The position numbers and the translations under genes were made by a program. From the NCBI RefSeq assembly GCF_022846255.1, contig NZ_AP025682.1: a stretch of DNA of 64,000 bases, one strand, 5' to 3'. Source of the stretch: Escherichia coli (lineage in GTDB: Bacteria; Pseudomonadota; Gammaproteobacteria; Enterobacterales; Enterobacteriaceae). Shown here one piece after another: positions 30,836-43,510 of the stretch (its first letter is position 1; the number at the start of each line of letters is the position of its first letter). Below the pieces are notes generated by a model. It was given only the letters and a program-made list of their open reading frames with translations. It did no database searches and was not told the origin of the DNA.

Positions 30836-31771
30836 ATGAATAAATATCTGAAATATTTCAGCGGCACACTCGTGGGCTTAATGTTGTCAACCAGCGCTTT
30901 TGCTGCCGCCGAATATGCCGTCGTATTGAAAACACTCTCCAATCCATTTTGGGTAGATATGAAAAAAGGCATTGAAGATGAAGCAAAAACGCTGGGCGTC
31001 AGCGTTGATATTTTTGCCTCTCCTTCAGAAGGCGATTTTCAATCTCAATTGCAGTTATTTGAAGATCTCAGTAATAAAAATTACAAAGGTATCGCCTTCG
31101 CACCATTATCCTCAGTGAACCTGGTCATGCCTGTTGCCCGCGCATGGAAAAAAGGCATTTATCTGGTCAATCTCGATGAAAAAATCGACATGGATAATCT
31201 GAAAAAAGCAGGCGGTAATGTGGAAGGTTTTGTCACCACCGATAATGTTGCCGTCGGGGCGAAAGGCGCGTCATTCATTATTGACAAGCTGGGTGCCGAA
31301 GGGGGTGAAGTCGCAATCATTGAGGGTAAAGCCGGTAACGCCTCCGGTGAAGCGCGTCGTAATGGTGCCACCGAAGCCTTCAAAAAAGCAAGCCAGATCA
31401 AGCTTGTCGCCAGCCAGCCTGCCGACTGGGACCGTATTAAAGCACTGGATGTCGCCACTAACGTGTTGCAACGTAATCCGAATATTAAAGCGATCTATTG
31501 CGCGAATGACACGATGGCAATGGGTGTTGCTCAGGCAGTCGCAAACGCTGGAAAAACGGGCAAAGTGTTGGTCGTCGGTACAGATGGCATTCCGGAAGCC
31601 CGCAAAATGGTGGAAGCCGGACAAATGACCGCGACGGTTGCCCAGAACCCGGCGGATATCGGTGCAACGGGTCTGAAGCTGATGGTTGACGCTGAGAAAT
31701 CCGGCAAGGTTATCCCGCTGGATAAAGCACCGGAATTTAAACTGGTCGATTCAATCCTGGTCACTCAATAA
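30836..31771 (+). CDS. alsB: D-allose ABC transporter periplasmic binding protein
   Basis: ORF track begins 30830; ATG 30836 gives 311 aa with a signal peptide. Confidence 0.88.
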   Translation: MNKYLKYFSGTLVGLMLSTSAFAAAEYAVVLKTLSNPFWVDMKKGIEDEAKTLGVSVDIFASPSEGDFQSQLQLFEDLSNKNYKGIAFAPLSSVNLVMPVARAWKKGIYLVNLDEKIDMDNLKKAGGNVEGFVTTDNVAVGAKGASFIIDKLGAEGGEVAIIEGKAGNASGEARRNGATEAFKKASQIKLVASQPADWDRIKALDVATNVLQRNPNIKAIYCANDTMAMGVAQAVANAGKTGKVLVVGTDGIPEARKMVEAGQMTATVAQNPADIGATGLKLMVDAEKSGKVIPLDKAPEFKLVDSILVTQ

Positions 31772-31780
31772 AACTGAATG

Positions 31781-31865
31781 ATGCCGGATGATGATGCTAA
31801 TGAAGTGTCTTATCCGGCCAACAAAATAACCTGAACGTAGACCTGATAAACGTAGCCATCAGGCA
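31781..31865. repeat. REP-like palindromic elements between alsB and alsA
   Basis: gatgccggatg...cttatccggcc and gacctgataaacgtagccatcaggc. Confidence 0.6.
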
Positions 31866-31897
31866 ATAATACGATATTTCGTGCAGAGAGGTTATTT

Positions 31898-33430
31898 ATG
31901 GCCACGCCATATATATCGATGGCGGGGATCGGCAAGTCCTTTGGTCCGGTTCACGCATTAAGGTCGGTTAATTTAACGGTTTATCCTGGTGAAATACATG
32001 CATTACTAGGAGAAAATGGTGCAGGTAAATCTACGCTAATGAAAGTGTTATCCGGAATACATGAGCCGACCAAAGGCACCATTACCATTAATAACATTAA
32101 CTATAACAAACTGGATCATAAATTAGCGGCACAACTCGGTATCGGGATTATTTATCAGGAACTCAGCGTTATTGATGAATTAACCGTACTGGAAAATTTA
32201 TATATTGGTCGTCATCTGACGAAAAAAATCTGCGGTGTCAATATTATCGACTGGCGAGAAATGCGTGTCCGCGCCGCCATGATGTTATTACGCGTGGGCT
32301 TGAAAGTTGATTTAGATGAGAAAGTGGCGAACTTATCTATCAGCCACAAGCAGATGCTGGAAATTGCCAAAACGCTGATGCTCGACGCCAAAGTCATCAT
32401 CATGGATGAACCCACCTCCTCACTCACCAATAAAGAGGTGGACTATTTGTTTCTGATCATGAATCAGTTGCGTAAGGAGGGTACGGCCATCGTCTATATC
32501 TCGCATAAATTGGCGGAAATTCGCCGTATTTGCGACCGCTATACGGTGATGAAAGACGGCAGCAGCGTTTGCAGCGGCATGGTGAGCGATGTGTCAAATG
32601 ACGATATCGTCCGTCTGATGGTAGGCCGCGAACTGCAAAACCGTTTTAACGCGATGAAGGAGAATGTCAGCAACCTTGCGCACGATACGGTTTTTGAGGT
32701 GCGCAACGTCACCAGCCGTGACAGAAAAAAGGTCCGGGATATCTCATTTAGCGTCTGCCGGGGAGAAATATTAGGCTTTGCCGGACTGGTCGGTTCCGGA
32801 CGTACTGAACTGATGAACTGCCTGTTTGGCGTTGATAAACGCGCTGGCGGAGAAATCCGTCTTAATGGTAAAGATATCTCTCCACGTTCTCCCCTGGATG
32901 CCGTGAAAAAAGGGATGGCTTACATCACTGAAAGCCGCCGGGATAACGGCTTTTTCCCCAACTTTTCTATCGCTCAGAACATAGCTATCAGCCGCAGTCT
33001 GAAAGACGGCGGCTATAAAGGCGCGATGGGGTTGTTTCATGAAGTTGACGAGCAACGTACCGCTGAAGCCCAGCGCGAACTGCTGGCGCTGAAATGTCAT
33101 TCGGTAAACCAGAACATCACTGAACTCTCCGGCGGTAACCAGCAGAAAGTCCTGATCTCCAAATGGCTGTGCTGTCGCCCGGAAGTGATCATTTTCGATG
33201 AACCTACCCGTGGCATCGATGTTGGCGCGAAAGCCGAAATTTACAAAGTGATGCGCCAACTGGCGGACGACGGAAAAGTCATCCTGATGGTGTCATCTGA
33301 ACTACCTGAAATTATCACCGTCTGCGACCGCATCGCCGTGTTCTGCGAAGGACGACTGACGCAAATCCTGACGAATCGCGATGACATGAGCGAAGAGGAG
33401 ATTATGGCATGGGCTTTACCACAAGAGTAA
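31898..33430 (+). CDS. alsA: D-allose ABC transporter ATPase (duplicated ABC domains)
   Basis: ORF track 510 aa; two Walker A motifs. Confidence 0.9.
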   Translation: MATPYISMAGIGKSFGPVHALRSVNLTVYPGEIHALLGENGAGKSTLMKVLSGIHEPTKGTITINNINYNKLDHKLAAQLGIGIIYQELSVIDELTVLENLYIGRHLTKKICGVNIIDWREMRVRAAMMLLRVGLKVDLDEKVANLSISHKQMLEIAKTLMLDAKVIIMDEPTSSLTNKEVDYLFLIMNQLRKEGTAIVYISHKLAEIRRICDRYTVMKDGSSVCSGMVSDVSNDDIVRLMVGRELQNRFNAMKENVSNLAHDTVFEVRNVTSRDRKKVRDISFSVCRGEILGFAGLVGSGRTELMNCLFGVDKRAGGEIRLNGKDISPRSPLDAVKKGMAYITESRRDNGFFPNFSIAQNIAISRSLKDGGYKGAMGLFHEVDEQRTAEAQRELLALKCHSVNQNITELSGGNQQKVLISKWLCCRPEVIIFDEPTRGIDVGAKAEIYKVMRQLADDGKVILMVSSELPEIITVCDRIAVFCEGRLTQILTNRDDMSEEEIMAWALPQE

Positions 33431-34389
33431 AAAGCGAAGCGAGCGAGAAGAAACCGTTCAACTTTGCGCTGTTCTGGGATAAATACGGTACTTTTTTTAT
33501 CCTGGCGATCATCGTCGCCATTTTTGGTTCGCTGTCGTCAGAATATTTTCTGACCACCAATAATATTACCCAGATTTTTGTGCAAAGCTCCGTGACGGTA
33601 CTGATCGGCATGGGGGAATTCTTCGCTATCCTGGTCGCCGGTATCGACCTTTCGGTTGGCGCGATTCTGGCGCTTTCCGGTATGGTGACCGCTAAACTGA
33701 TGTTGGCAGGTATTGATCCGTTTCTCGCGGCGCTAATTGGCGGTGTACTGGTTGGCGGCGCACTGGGGGCGATCAACGGCTGCCTGGTCAACTGGACGGG
33801 ACTACACCCGTTCATTATCACCCTTGGCACCAACGCTATTTTCCGTGGGATCACGCTGGTGATCTCCGATGCCAACTCGGTATACGGCTTCTCATTTGAC
33901 TTCGTGAACTTCTTTGCCGCCAGCGTAATTGGGATACCTGTCCCCGTTATCTTCTCGCTAATTGTCGCGCTCATCCTTTGGTTTCTGACAACGCGTATGC
34001 GGCTCGGGCGCAACATCTACGCACTGGGCGGCAACAAAAACTCGGCGTTCTATTCCGGGATTGACGTGAAATTCCACATCCTGGTGGTGTTTATCATCTC
34101 CGGTGTTTGTGCAGGTCTGGCAGGCGTCGTCTCAACTGCACGACTCGGTGCCGCAGAACCGCTTGCCGGTATGGGTTTTGAAACCTATGCCATTGCCAGC
34201 GCTATCATTGGCGGCACCAGTTTCTTCGGCGGCAAGGGGCGCATTTTCTCTGTGGTGATTGGCGGGTTGATCATCGGCACCATCAACAACGGTCTGAATA
34301 TTTTGCAGGTACAAACCTATTACCAACTGGTGGTGATGGGCGGATTAATTATCGCGGCTGTCGCCCTTGACCGTCTTATCAGTAAGTAA
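33409..34389 (+). CDS. alsC: D-allose ABC transporter permease
   Basis: ORF track 326 aa; overlaps the alsA end. Confidence 0.9.
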   Translation: MGFTTRVKSEASEKKPFNFALFWDKYGTFFILAIIVAIFGSLSSEYFLTTNNITQIFVQSSVTVLIGMGEFFAILVAGIDLSVGAILALSGMVTAKLMLAGIDPFLAALIGGVLVGGALGAINGCLVNWTGLHPFIITLGTNAIFRGITLVISDANSVYGFSFDFVNFFAASVIGIPVPVIFSLIVALILWFLTTRMRLGRNIYALGGNKNSAFYSGIDVKFHILVVFIISGVCAGLAGVVSTARLGAAEPLAGMGFETYAIASAIIGGTSFFGGKGRIFSVVIGGLIIGTINNGLNILQVQTYYQLVVMGGLIIAAVALDRLISK

Positions 34390-34399
34390 GGAATTGAAC

Positions 34400-36008
<1,609 letters not shown>

Positions 36009-36014
36009 GTAAAG

Positions 36015-36051
36015 CGTTGGCACAGTAGCGCAATATCCCGCTGTGCCAACG
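36015..36051 (+). terminator. hairpin downstream of alsK (probable als operon terminator)
   Basis: 11-nt inverted repeat cgttggcacag / ctgtgccaacg; no clean T-run. Confidence 0.4.
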
Positions 36052-36280
36052 ACAGGTACAATATATATAATAATTACATAAAACAGCCCATATTATTCCC
36101 AGCAATGATAGTTCTACTGTAATTTTCCCTCTTCAGCACAAATGCCTAATAAAATGGCTCGTTCCGCTCACACTTCCACTTATTAAATTCGCAAATTCCC
36201 AATTATGATAACGCCAGCTTTAAATGACGTATTTTGCATGGATTACATATTTACGACATAAATGATAAATGGAGATTTAT

Positions 36281-38266
36281 ATGAATAACTCTCGGTTATT
36301 CCGTTTGAGCAGGATTGTTATTGCGTTCACTGCCGCCAGCGGCATGATGATAAATACCGCTTACGCAACAGATGAAGCGAAAGCTGCCACTCAATATACC
36401 CAACAGGTTAATCAGAATTACGCCAAATCATTACCGTTTAGCGATCGTCAGGATTTTGACGATGCTCAGCGTGGATTTATCGCTCCGCTGCTGGATGAAG
36501 GTATTCTGCGTGATGCGAACGGTAAAATTTACTACCGCGCGAATGATTACAAATTTGATATTAATGCCGCTGCGCCGGAAACCGTAAACCCCAGCCTGTG
36601 GCGTCAGTCGCAGATCAACGGCATTTCAGGCCTGTTCAAAGTCACCGATAAAATGTATCAGGTGCGCGGCCAGGATATCTCTAACATTACGTTCGTTGAG
36701 GGCGAGAAAGGCATTATTGTTATTGACCCACTGGTGACGCCACCTGCCGCAAAAGCCGCACTTGACCTTTACTTCCAGCATCGTCCGCAAAAACCGATTG
36801 TTGCCGTTATCTACACTCACAGCCACGCCGACCACTATGGCGGCGTGAAAGGCATCATCTCTGAAGCCGATGTTAAATCCGGCAAAGTTCAGGTGATTGC
36901 TCCAGCTGGCTTTATGGACGAAGCCATCAGCGAAAACGTGCTGGCGGGTAACATCATGAGCCGCCGTGCGCTCTACTCTTACGGTCTGTTACTGCCGCGT
37001 AACACGCAAGGCAATGTGGGTAATGGCCTTGGCGTGACGCTGGCAACGGGCGACCCGAGCATTATTGCACCGACTAAAACTATCGTCAGAACTGGCGAGA
37101 AGATGATTATCGACGGCCTGGAGTTTGACTTCCTGATGACCCCAGGTAGCGAAGCGCCAGCCGAAATGCACTTCTATATTCCGGCCCTGAAAGCCCTGTG
37201 TACCGCCGAGAACGCCACGCATACCCTGCACAACTTCTACACTCTGCGCGGCGCGAAAACCCGCGACACCAGCAAGTGGACCGAGTATCTGAACGAAACG
37301 TTGGATATGTGGGGTAACGACGCGGAAGTACTGTTTATGCCGCACACCTGGCCGGTCTGGGGCAATAAGCATATCAATGATTATATTGGTAAATATCGCG
37401 ATACTATCAAGTACATTCACGACCAGACCCTGCACCTGGCGAACCAGGGCTACACCATGAATGAAATCGGCGACATGATTAAGCTGCCGCCTGCGCTTGC
37501 CAATAACTGGGCCAGCCGCGGCTATTACGGTTCTGTCAGCCACAACGCCCGCGCGGTATATAACTTCTATCTTGGCTATTACGACGGTAACCCGGCTAAC
37601 CTGCATCCGTATGGTCAGGTGGAGATGGGTAAACGTTACGTGCAGGCGCTGGGCGGTTCTGCCCGCGTCATCAACCTGGCGCAAGAAGCGAACAAGCAAG
37701 GTGATTATCGCTGGTCGGCAGAACTGCTGAAACAGGTGATTGCCGCCAACCCGGGTGACCAGGTCGCGAAGAATCTGCAAGCGAATAACTTTGAACAGCT
37801 GGGCTATCAGGCCGAGTCCGCCACATGGCGCGGTTTCTACCTGACCGGCGCGAAAGAGCTGCGCGAAGGGGTGCATAAGTTCAGCCACGGCACCACCGGT
37901 TCCCCGGACACCATTCGTGGGATGTCGGTCGAAATGCTGTTCGACTTTATGGCCGTTCGCCTCGATAGCACGAAAGCCGCAGGTAAAAATATCAGCCTGA
38001 ACTTCAATATGAGCAACGGCGATAACCTCAACCTGATGCTGAACGATAGCGTGCTTAACTACCGTAAAACGCTGCAATCGCAAGCCGACGCCTCTTTCTA
38101 CATTAGCCGTGAAGATCTGCACGCCGTGCTGACCGGACAGGCTAAAATGGCCGATCTGGTGAAAGCGAAGAAAGCCAAAATTATTGGCAATGGCGCGAAA
38201 CTGGAAGAAATTATCGCCTGTCTGGATAATTTCGATTTGTGGGTGAATATCGTAACCCCAAATTAA
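36281..38266 (+). CDS. yjcS: alkyl/aryl sulfatase, metallo-beta-lactamase fold
   Basis: ORF track 36269..38266 trimmed to ATG 36281 (661 aa); signal peptide; [10 protein letters not shown] zinc-binding motif. Confidence 0.85.
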   Translation: MNNSRLFRLSRIVIAFTAASGMMINTAYATDEAKAATQYTQQVNQNYAKSLPFSDRQDFDDAQRGFIAPLLDEGILRDANGKIYYRANDYKFDINAAAPETVNPSLWRQSQINGISGLFKVTDKMYQVRGQDISNITFVEGEKGIIVIDPLVTPPAAKAALDLYFQHRPQKPIVAVIYTHSHADHYGGVKGIISEADVKSGKVQVIAPAGFMDEAISENVLAGNIMSRRALYSYGLLLPRNTQGNVGNGLGVTLATGDPSIIAPTKTIVRTGEKMIIDGLEFDFLMTPGSEAPAEMHFYIPALKALCTAENATHTLHNFYTLRGAKTRDTSKWTEYLNETLDMWGNDAEVLFMPHTWPVWGNKHINDYIGKYRDTIKYIHDQTLHLANQGYTMNEIGDMIKLPPALANNWASRGYYGSVSHNARAVYNFYLGYYDGNPANLHPYGQVEMGKRYVQALGGSARVINLAQEANKQGDYRWSAELLKQVIAANPGDQVAKNLQANNFEQLGYQAESATWRGFYLTGAKELREGVHKFSHGTTGSPDTIRGMSVEMLFDFMAVRLDSTKAAGKNISLNFNMSNGDNLNLMLNDSVLNYRKTLQSQADASFYISREDLHAVLTGQAKMADLVKAKKAKIIGNGAKLEEIIACLDNFDLWVNIVTPN

Positions 38267-38473
38267 TGTCACTCGCTTTTGGGGGCGCTGAAGCCCCCAA
38301 AGCATTTGCTTTAAAAATATATACAGCCAATTAATAAATAAAATATATAAGTTATGAATGCGGTGGCTGAATAAAGCTATTTTTATTCATCGAGAAAATA
38401 GCCATACTGACGCCTTCAATGGATATTGATATTCACTACAGATATTGTTCGCAGCAGACAGGATGTATTTAAT

Positions 38474-38749
38474 ATGCCAACAGTTCTCTCTCGCATGGCG
38501 ATGCAACTCAAAAAAACAGCCTGGATAATTCCCGTCTTCATGGTTTCGGGATGCTCATTATCTCCGGCAATCCCGGTGATCGGCGCTTATTATCCCGGCT
38601 GGTTTTTCTGCGCCATTGCCAGCCTTATTTTGACGCTCATCACGAGGCGAATTATTCAGCGGACAAATATCAATCTGGCATTTGTCGGAATTATTTATAC
38701 CGCCCTTTTTGCTCTCTACGCCATGCTGTTCTGGCTGGCATTTTTCTAA
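38474..38749 (+). CDS. ytcA: small lipoprotein YtcA
   Basis: ORF track 38426..38749 trimmed to ATG 38474 (91 aa); lipobox MVSGC; just upstream of mdtN. Confidence 0.75.
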   Translation: MPTVLSRMAMQLKKTAWIIPVFMVSGCSLSPAIPVIGAYYPGWFFCAIASLILTLITRRIIQRTNINLAFVGIIYTALFALYAMLFWLAFF

Positions 38750-38767
38750 TCTATTTGAGACGCGCTC

Positions 38768-39799
38768 ATGGAAAGTACGCCGAAAAAAGCTCCTCGCAGT
38801 AAATTCCCTGCTCTGTTAGTGGTTGCGTTGGCGCTGGTTGCCCTTGTTTTCGTTATCTGGCGCGTAGACAGTGCGCCATCAACTAATGACGCTTACGCGT
38901 CAGCAGATACCATTGATGTGGTGCCGGAAGTCAGCGGTCGCATTGTAGAACTGGCGGTCACCGACAACCAGGCGGTGAAACAGGGCGATTTGCTGTTCCG
39001 CATTGACCCGCGCCCGTACGAAGCCAATCTGGCGAAAGCTGAAGCCTCCCTCGCGGCGCTGGATAAGCAAATTATGCTCACCCAGCGTAGCGTTGACGCA
39101 CAACAGTTTGGTGCCGACTCGGTTAATGCCACGGTAGAAAAAGCCCGTGCCGCCGCGAAACAAGCCAGCGATACGTTACGCCGTACCGAACCGCTACTGC
39201 GAGAAGGTTTTGTTTCTGCGGAAGAGGTTGACCGTGCAAGAACCGCACAGCGTGCGGCAGAAGCGGACCTTAATGCCGTATTGTTGCAGGCGCAGTCAGC
39301 CGCCAGCTCCGTCAGCGGCGTGGATGCGCTGGTGGCGCAACGTGCGGCAGTCGAAGCGGATATTGCGTTGACGAAACTGCATCTGGAAATGGCGACCGTT
39401 CGCGCGCCGTTTGATGGCCGGGTCATTTCCCTCAAAACCTCCGTCGGGCAGTTTGCATCTGCGATGCGCCCTATTTTCACTCTAATCGACACTCGTCACT
39501 GGTACGTGATTGCCAACTTCCGCGAAACCGATCTGAAAAATATTCGCTCGGGTACACTCGCAACCATTCGCCTGATGAGCGACAGCGGCAAAACCTTCGA
39601 GGGTAAAGTGGATTCGATTAGCTACGGCGTGCTACCGGATGACGGCGGCCTGGTGCTGGGCGGCCTGCCGAAAGTGTCACGGTCTATTAACTGGGTCCGC
39701 GTTGCCCAGCGTTTTCCGGTCAAAATCATGGTTGATAAACCTGACCCGGAAATGTTCCGCATCGGCGCTTCGGCAGTCGCTAATCTTGAGCCACAATAA
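38768..39799 (+). CDS. mdtN: multidrug efflux membrane fusion protein
   Basis: ORF track 343 aa; HlyD-type periplasmic adaptor. Confidence 0.88.
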   Translation: MESTPKKAPRSKFPALLVVALALVALVFVIWRVDSAPSTNDAYASADTIDVVPEVSGRIVELAVTDNQAVKQGDLLFRIDPRPYEANLAKAEASLAALDKQIMLTQRSVDAQQFGADSVNATVEKARAAAKQASDTLRRTEPLLREGFVSAEEVDRARTAQRAAEADLNAVLLQAQSAASSVSGVDALVAQRAAVEADIALTKLHLEMATVRAPFDGRVISLKTSVGQFASAMRPIFTLIDTRHWYVIANFRETDLKNIRSGTLATIRLMSDSGKTFEGKVDSISYGVLPDDGGLVLGGLPKVSRSINWVRVAQRFPVKIMVDKPDPEMFRIGASAVANLEPQ

Positions 39800-41850
39800 T
39801 GAGCGCGCTCAACTCCCTGCCATTACCGGTGGTCAGGCTGCTGGCGTTCTTTCATGAAGAGTTAAGCGAGCGGCGACCAGGGCGCGTGCCACAGACGATG
39901 CAACTCTGGGTAGGTTGCCTGCTGGTGATTCTGATCTCGATGACTTTTGAGATCCCTTTTGTGGCGTTATCACTGGCAGTGCTGTTTTACGGTATTCAGT
40001 CGAACGCGTTTTACACCAAATTTGTCGCGATCTTGTTTGTGGTTGCCACGGTGCTGGAGATCGCCAGCCTGTTTTTGATCTACAAATGGTCATATGGCGA
40101 ACCGTTGATCCGATTGATCATCGCCGGGCCGATCCTGATGGGCTGCATGTTTTTGATGCGCACCCATCGGCTGGGACTGGTCTTTTTCGCCGTCGCCATT
40201 GTCGCTATTTACGGGCAAACCTTCCCCGCTATGCTCGACTATCCGGAAGCGGTCGTGCGCTTAACGCTGTGGTGTATCGTTGTTGGCCTCTATCCAACCT
40301 TGCTGATGACGTTAATCGGCGTGCTGTGGTTTCCCAGTCGTGCCATTACGCAGATGCATCAGGCGCTTAATGATCGGCTTGATGATGCCATTAGCCACCT
40401 GACGGACAGCCTCGCACCGCTACCCGAAACGCGGATTGAAAGAGAGGCGCTGGCGCTGCAAAAACTCAATGTCTTTTGCCTCGCGGATGATGCCAACTGG
40501 CGAACCCAGAGCGCATGGTGGCAAAGCTGCGTGGCAACGGTAACCTACATTTACTCGACGCTGAATCGCTACGATCCCACCTCTTTTGCTGATTCTCAGG
40601 CAATTATTGAATTCCGACAAAAATTAGCTTCAGAAATCAACAAGCTGCAGCATTCCATTACCGAAGGTCAGTGCTGGCAAAGCGACTGGCGGATCAGTGA
40701 AAGTGAAGCGATGACGGCACGGGAATGTAACCTGGAGAATATCTGCCAGACGCTGTTACAGCTTGGTCAGATGGACCCGAATACGCCGCCAACGCCCGCA
40801 GCCAAACCGCCATCAATGGTCGCCGATGCTTTTACCAATCCAGACTATATGCGCTACGCGGTAAAAACGCTGCTCGCCTGTTTGATCTGTTACACCTTCT
40901 ACAGCGGCGTGGACTGGGAAGGCATTCATACCTGTATGCTGACCTGCGTGATCGTCGCTAATCCAAATGTCGGTTCGTCGTACCAGAAGATGGTGCTGCG
41001 TTTTGGTGGGGCCTTTTGCGGCGCGATTCTGGCGCTGTTATTCACGCTACTGGTCATGCCCTGGCTGGACAATATTGTCGAATTGCTGTTTGTGCTGGCA
41101 CCGATTTTCCTGTTGGGCGCATGGATTGCCACCAGCTCTGAACGCTCTTCTTATATCGGCACACAGATGGTGGTCACCTTCGCGCTCGCCACGCTCGAAA
41201 ACGTTTTTGGCCCGGTGTACGACCTGGTGGAAATTCGCGATCGCGCTCTGGGTATCATCATTGGTACCGTGGTGTCGGCGGTGATTTACACCTTTGTCTG
41301 GGCTGAAAGCGAAGCGCGCACGCTGCCGCAAAAACTGGCTGGCGCGCTGGGTATGTTGAGTAAAGTAATGCGGATCCCACGCCAGCAGGAAGTCACGGCT
41401 CTGCGCACTTATCTGCACATTCGCATAGGTCTGCATGCGGCGTTTAATGCCTGTGAAGAGATGTGCCAACGCGTGGTGCTGGAGCGTCAACTGGACAGCG
41501 AAGAACGCGCATTACTGATTGAACGTTCGCAAACGGTTATTCGTCAGGGCCGCGATATTCTTCACGCCTGGGATGCCACCTGGAACTCGGCGCAGGCGCT
41601 GGATAACGCACTACAGCCGGACAGAGCAGGTCAGTTTGCCGACGCCCTGGAGAAATACGCTGCCGGTGTGGCTACCGCACTCAGTCATTCTCCTCAAATA
41701 ACGTTAGAAGAGACATCCGCCTCGCAGGCCATTCTGCCCACCTTATTAAAACAGGAGCAACACGTCTGCCAGCTTTTCGCCCGCTTGCCAGACTGGACAG
41801 CCCCGGCATTAACGCCCGCCACGGAACAGGCACAAGGAGCCACGCAATGA
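39799..41850 (+). CDS. mdtO: multidrug efflux inner-membrane component
   Basis: ORF track 683 aa; 1-nt overlap with mdtN. Confidence 0.88.
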   Translation: MSALNSLPLPVVRLLAFFHEELSERRPGRVPQTMQLWVGCLLVILISMTFEIPFVALSLAVLFYGIQSNAFYTKFVAILFVVATVLEIASLFLIYKWSYGEPLIRLIIAGPILMGCMFLMRTHRLGLVFFAVAIVAIYGQTFPAMLDYPEAVVRLTLWCIVVGLYPTLLMTLIGVLWFPSRAITQMHQALNDRLDDAISHLTDSLAPLPETRIEREALALQKLNVFCLADDANWRTQSAWWQSCVATVTYIYSTLNRYDPTSFADSQAIIEFRQKLASEINKLQHSITEGQCWQSDWRISESEAMTARECNLENICQTLLQLGQMDPNTPPTPAAKPPSMVADAFTNPDYMRYAVKTLLACLICYTFYSGVDWEGIHTCMLTCVIVANPNVGSSYQKMVLRFGGAFCGAILALLFTLLVMPWLDNIVELLFVLAPIFLLGAWIATSSERSSYIGTQMVVTFALATLENVFGPVYDLVEIRDRALGIIIGTVVSAVIYTFVWAESEARTLPQKLAGALGMLSKVMRIPRQQEVTALRTYLHIRIGLHAAFNACEEMCQRVVLERQLDSEERALLIERSQTVIRQGRDILHAWDATWNSAQALDNALQPDRAGQFADALEKYAAGVATALSHSPQITLEETSASQAILPTLLKQEQHVCQLFARLPDWTAPALTPATEQAQGATQ

Positions 41851-43313
41851 TCAATCGTCAACTTTCACGTCTGCTGTTGTGCAGCATTCTCGGCAGCACG
41901 ACGCTGATTTCCGGCTGTGCCCTGGTACGTAAGGATTCTGCGCCTCATCAACAGCTCAAACCGGAGCAAATCAAACTGGCCGATGATATTCATCTTGCCA
42001 GCTCCGGCTGGCCGCAGGCGCAGTGGTGGAAACAACTCAATGACCCGCAGCTGGATTCGCTGATCCAACGGACGCTAAGTGGTTCACACCCCCTCGCCGA
42101 AGCGAAACTGCGGGAAGAAAAAGCGCAGTCCCAGGCCGATTTGTTAGATGCCGGTTCACAATTACAGGTCGCAGCGTTAGGGATGCTCAACCGCCAACGC
42201 GTCTCGGCGAACGGCTTTTTAAGCCCTTATGCGATGGATGCGCCAGCACTGGGTATGGACGGGCCGTACTATACGGAAGCCACAGTCGGTTTGTTTGCCG
42301 GACTGGATCTCGATTTGTGGGGTGTGCATCGCTCAGCGGTTGCTGCCGCCATTGGCGCGCATAATGCCGCGCTGGCAGAAACCGCAGCAGTAGAGCTATC
42401 GCTGACCACGGGCGTAGCGCAGCTTTATTACAGTATGCAGGCCAGCTATCAGATGCTCGATCTGTTAGAACAAACTCGCGATGTGATTGATTACGCGGTG
42501 AAAGCGCACCAGAGTAAAGTGGCGCACGGTCTGGAAGCGCAAGTGCCTTTCCACGGCGCGCGGGCACAGATTCTGGCGGTCGATAAACAAATTGCTGCCG
42601 TTAAAGGGCAAATCACCGAAACGAGAGAATCTCTGCGCGCATTGATTGGCGCGGGCGCCAGCGATATGCCGGAGATCAAACCGGTGGCATTACCGCGAGT
42701 CCAGACCGGCATTCCGGCAACGCTCTCTTATGAGTTGCTCGCCAGACGCCCGGATCTGCAAGCCATGCGCTGGTATGTTCAGGCGTCATTAGATCAGGTG
42801 GATTCCGCGCGGGCGTTGTTCTACCCGAGCTTTGATATCAAAGCGTTTTTCGGCCTGGATTCTATCCACCTGGATACCTTATTCAAAAAAACCAGTCGCC
42901 AGTTCAACTTCATCCCGGGTCTGAAATTGCCGCTGTTTGACGGTGGACGGTTGAATGCCAATCTCGAAGGCACGCGCGCCGCCAGCAACATGATGATTGA
43001 ACGTTACAACCAGTCAGTACTGAACGCGGTGCGCGACGTTGCCGTCAACGGCACGCGTCTGCAAACGCTTAACGACGAGCGAGAGATGCAGGCTGAACGC
43101 GTGGAAGCAACGCGCTTCACCCAGCGCGCTGCCGAGGCCGCCTACCAGCGCGGCTTAACCAGCCGCTTACAGGCCACCGAAGCCCGGTTGCCAGTGCTTG
43201 CCGAGGAGATGTCATTACTGATGCTGGACAGCCGCCGGGTGATCCAAAGCATTCAGTTGATGAAATCGCTGGGCGGCGGGTATCAGGCGGCTCCCGTCGT
43301 CGAGAAAAAATAA
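41847..43313 (+). CDS. mdtP: multidrug efflux outer-membrane factor lipoprotein
   Basis: ORF track 488 aa; lipobox LISGC; overlaps the mdtO end. Confidence 0.88.
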   Translation: MINRQLSRLLLCSILGSTTLISGCALVRKDSAPHQQLKPEQIKLADDIHLASSGWPQAQWWKQLNDPQLDSLIQRTLSGSHPLAEAKLREEKAQSQADLLDAGSQLQVAALGMLNRQRVSANGFLSPYAMDAPALGMDGPYYTEATVGLFAGLDLDLWGVHRSAVAAAIGAHNAALAETAAVELSLTTGVAQLYYSMQASYQMLDLLEQTRDVIDYAVKAHQSKVAHGLEAQVPFHGARAQILAVDKQIAAVKGQITETRESLRALIGAGASDMPEIKPVALPRVQTGIPATLSYELLARRPDLQAMRWYVQASLDQVDSARALFYPSFDIKAFFGLDSIHLDTLFKKTSRQFNFIPGLKLPLFDGGRLNANLEGTRAASNMMIERYNQSVLNAVRDVAVNGTRLQTLNDEREMQAERVEATRFTQRAAEAAYQRGLTSRLQATEARLPVLAEEMSLLMLDSRRVIQSIQLMKSLGGGYQAAPVVEKK

Positions 43314-43320
43314 AATGTCT

Positions 43321-43355
43321 ACCGCGTGATGGCTGTCACGCGGTATTTCGTTTCG
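43321..43355 (+). terminator. mdtP terminator hairpin
   Basis: accgcgtga-tggctg-tcacgcggt followed by atttcgtttcg. Confidence 0.55.
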
Positions 43356-43400
43356 TCACGTCAAAACTGACGACAGCCTGTTTTTCGTCAGAGTTTTGAA
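43355..43400 (+). promoter_or_regulatory. upstream activating palindromes (FhlA-type UAS) of the fdhF promoter
   Basis: Inverted repeats tcaaaactgacga / tcgtcagagttttga about 70 to 115 nt upstream of the sigma-54 element. Confidence 0.45.
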
Positions 43401-43443
43401 TAAATAGTGCCCGTAATATCAGGGAATGACCCCAAATAAAATG

Positions 43444-43460
43444 TGGCATAAAAGATGCAT
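43444..43460 (+). promoter_or_regulatory. sigma-54 (-24/-12) promoter of fdhF
   Basis: tGGcataaaagatGCa: GG at 43445..43446 and GC at 43457..43458 with the canonical 10-nt spacing. Confidence 0.65.
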
Positions 43461-43510
43461 ACTGTAGTCGAGAGCGCGTATGCGTGATTTGATTAACTGG
43501 AGCGAGACCG

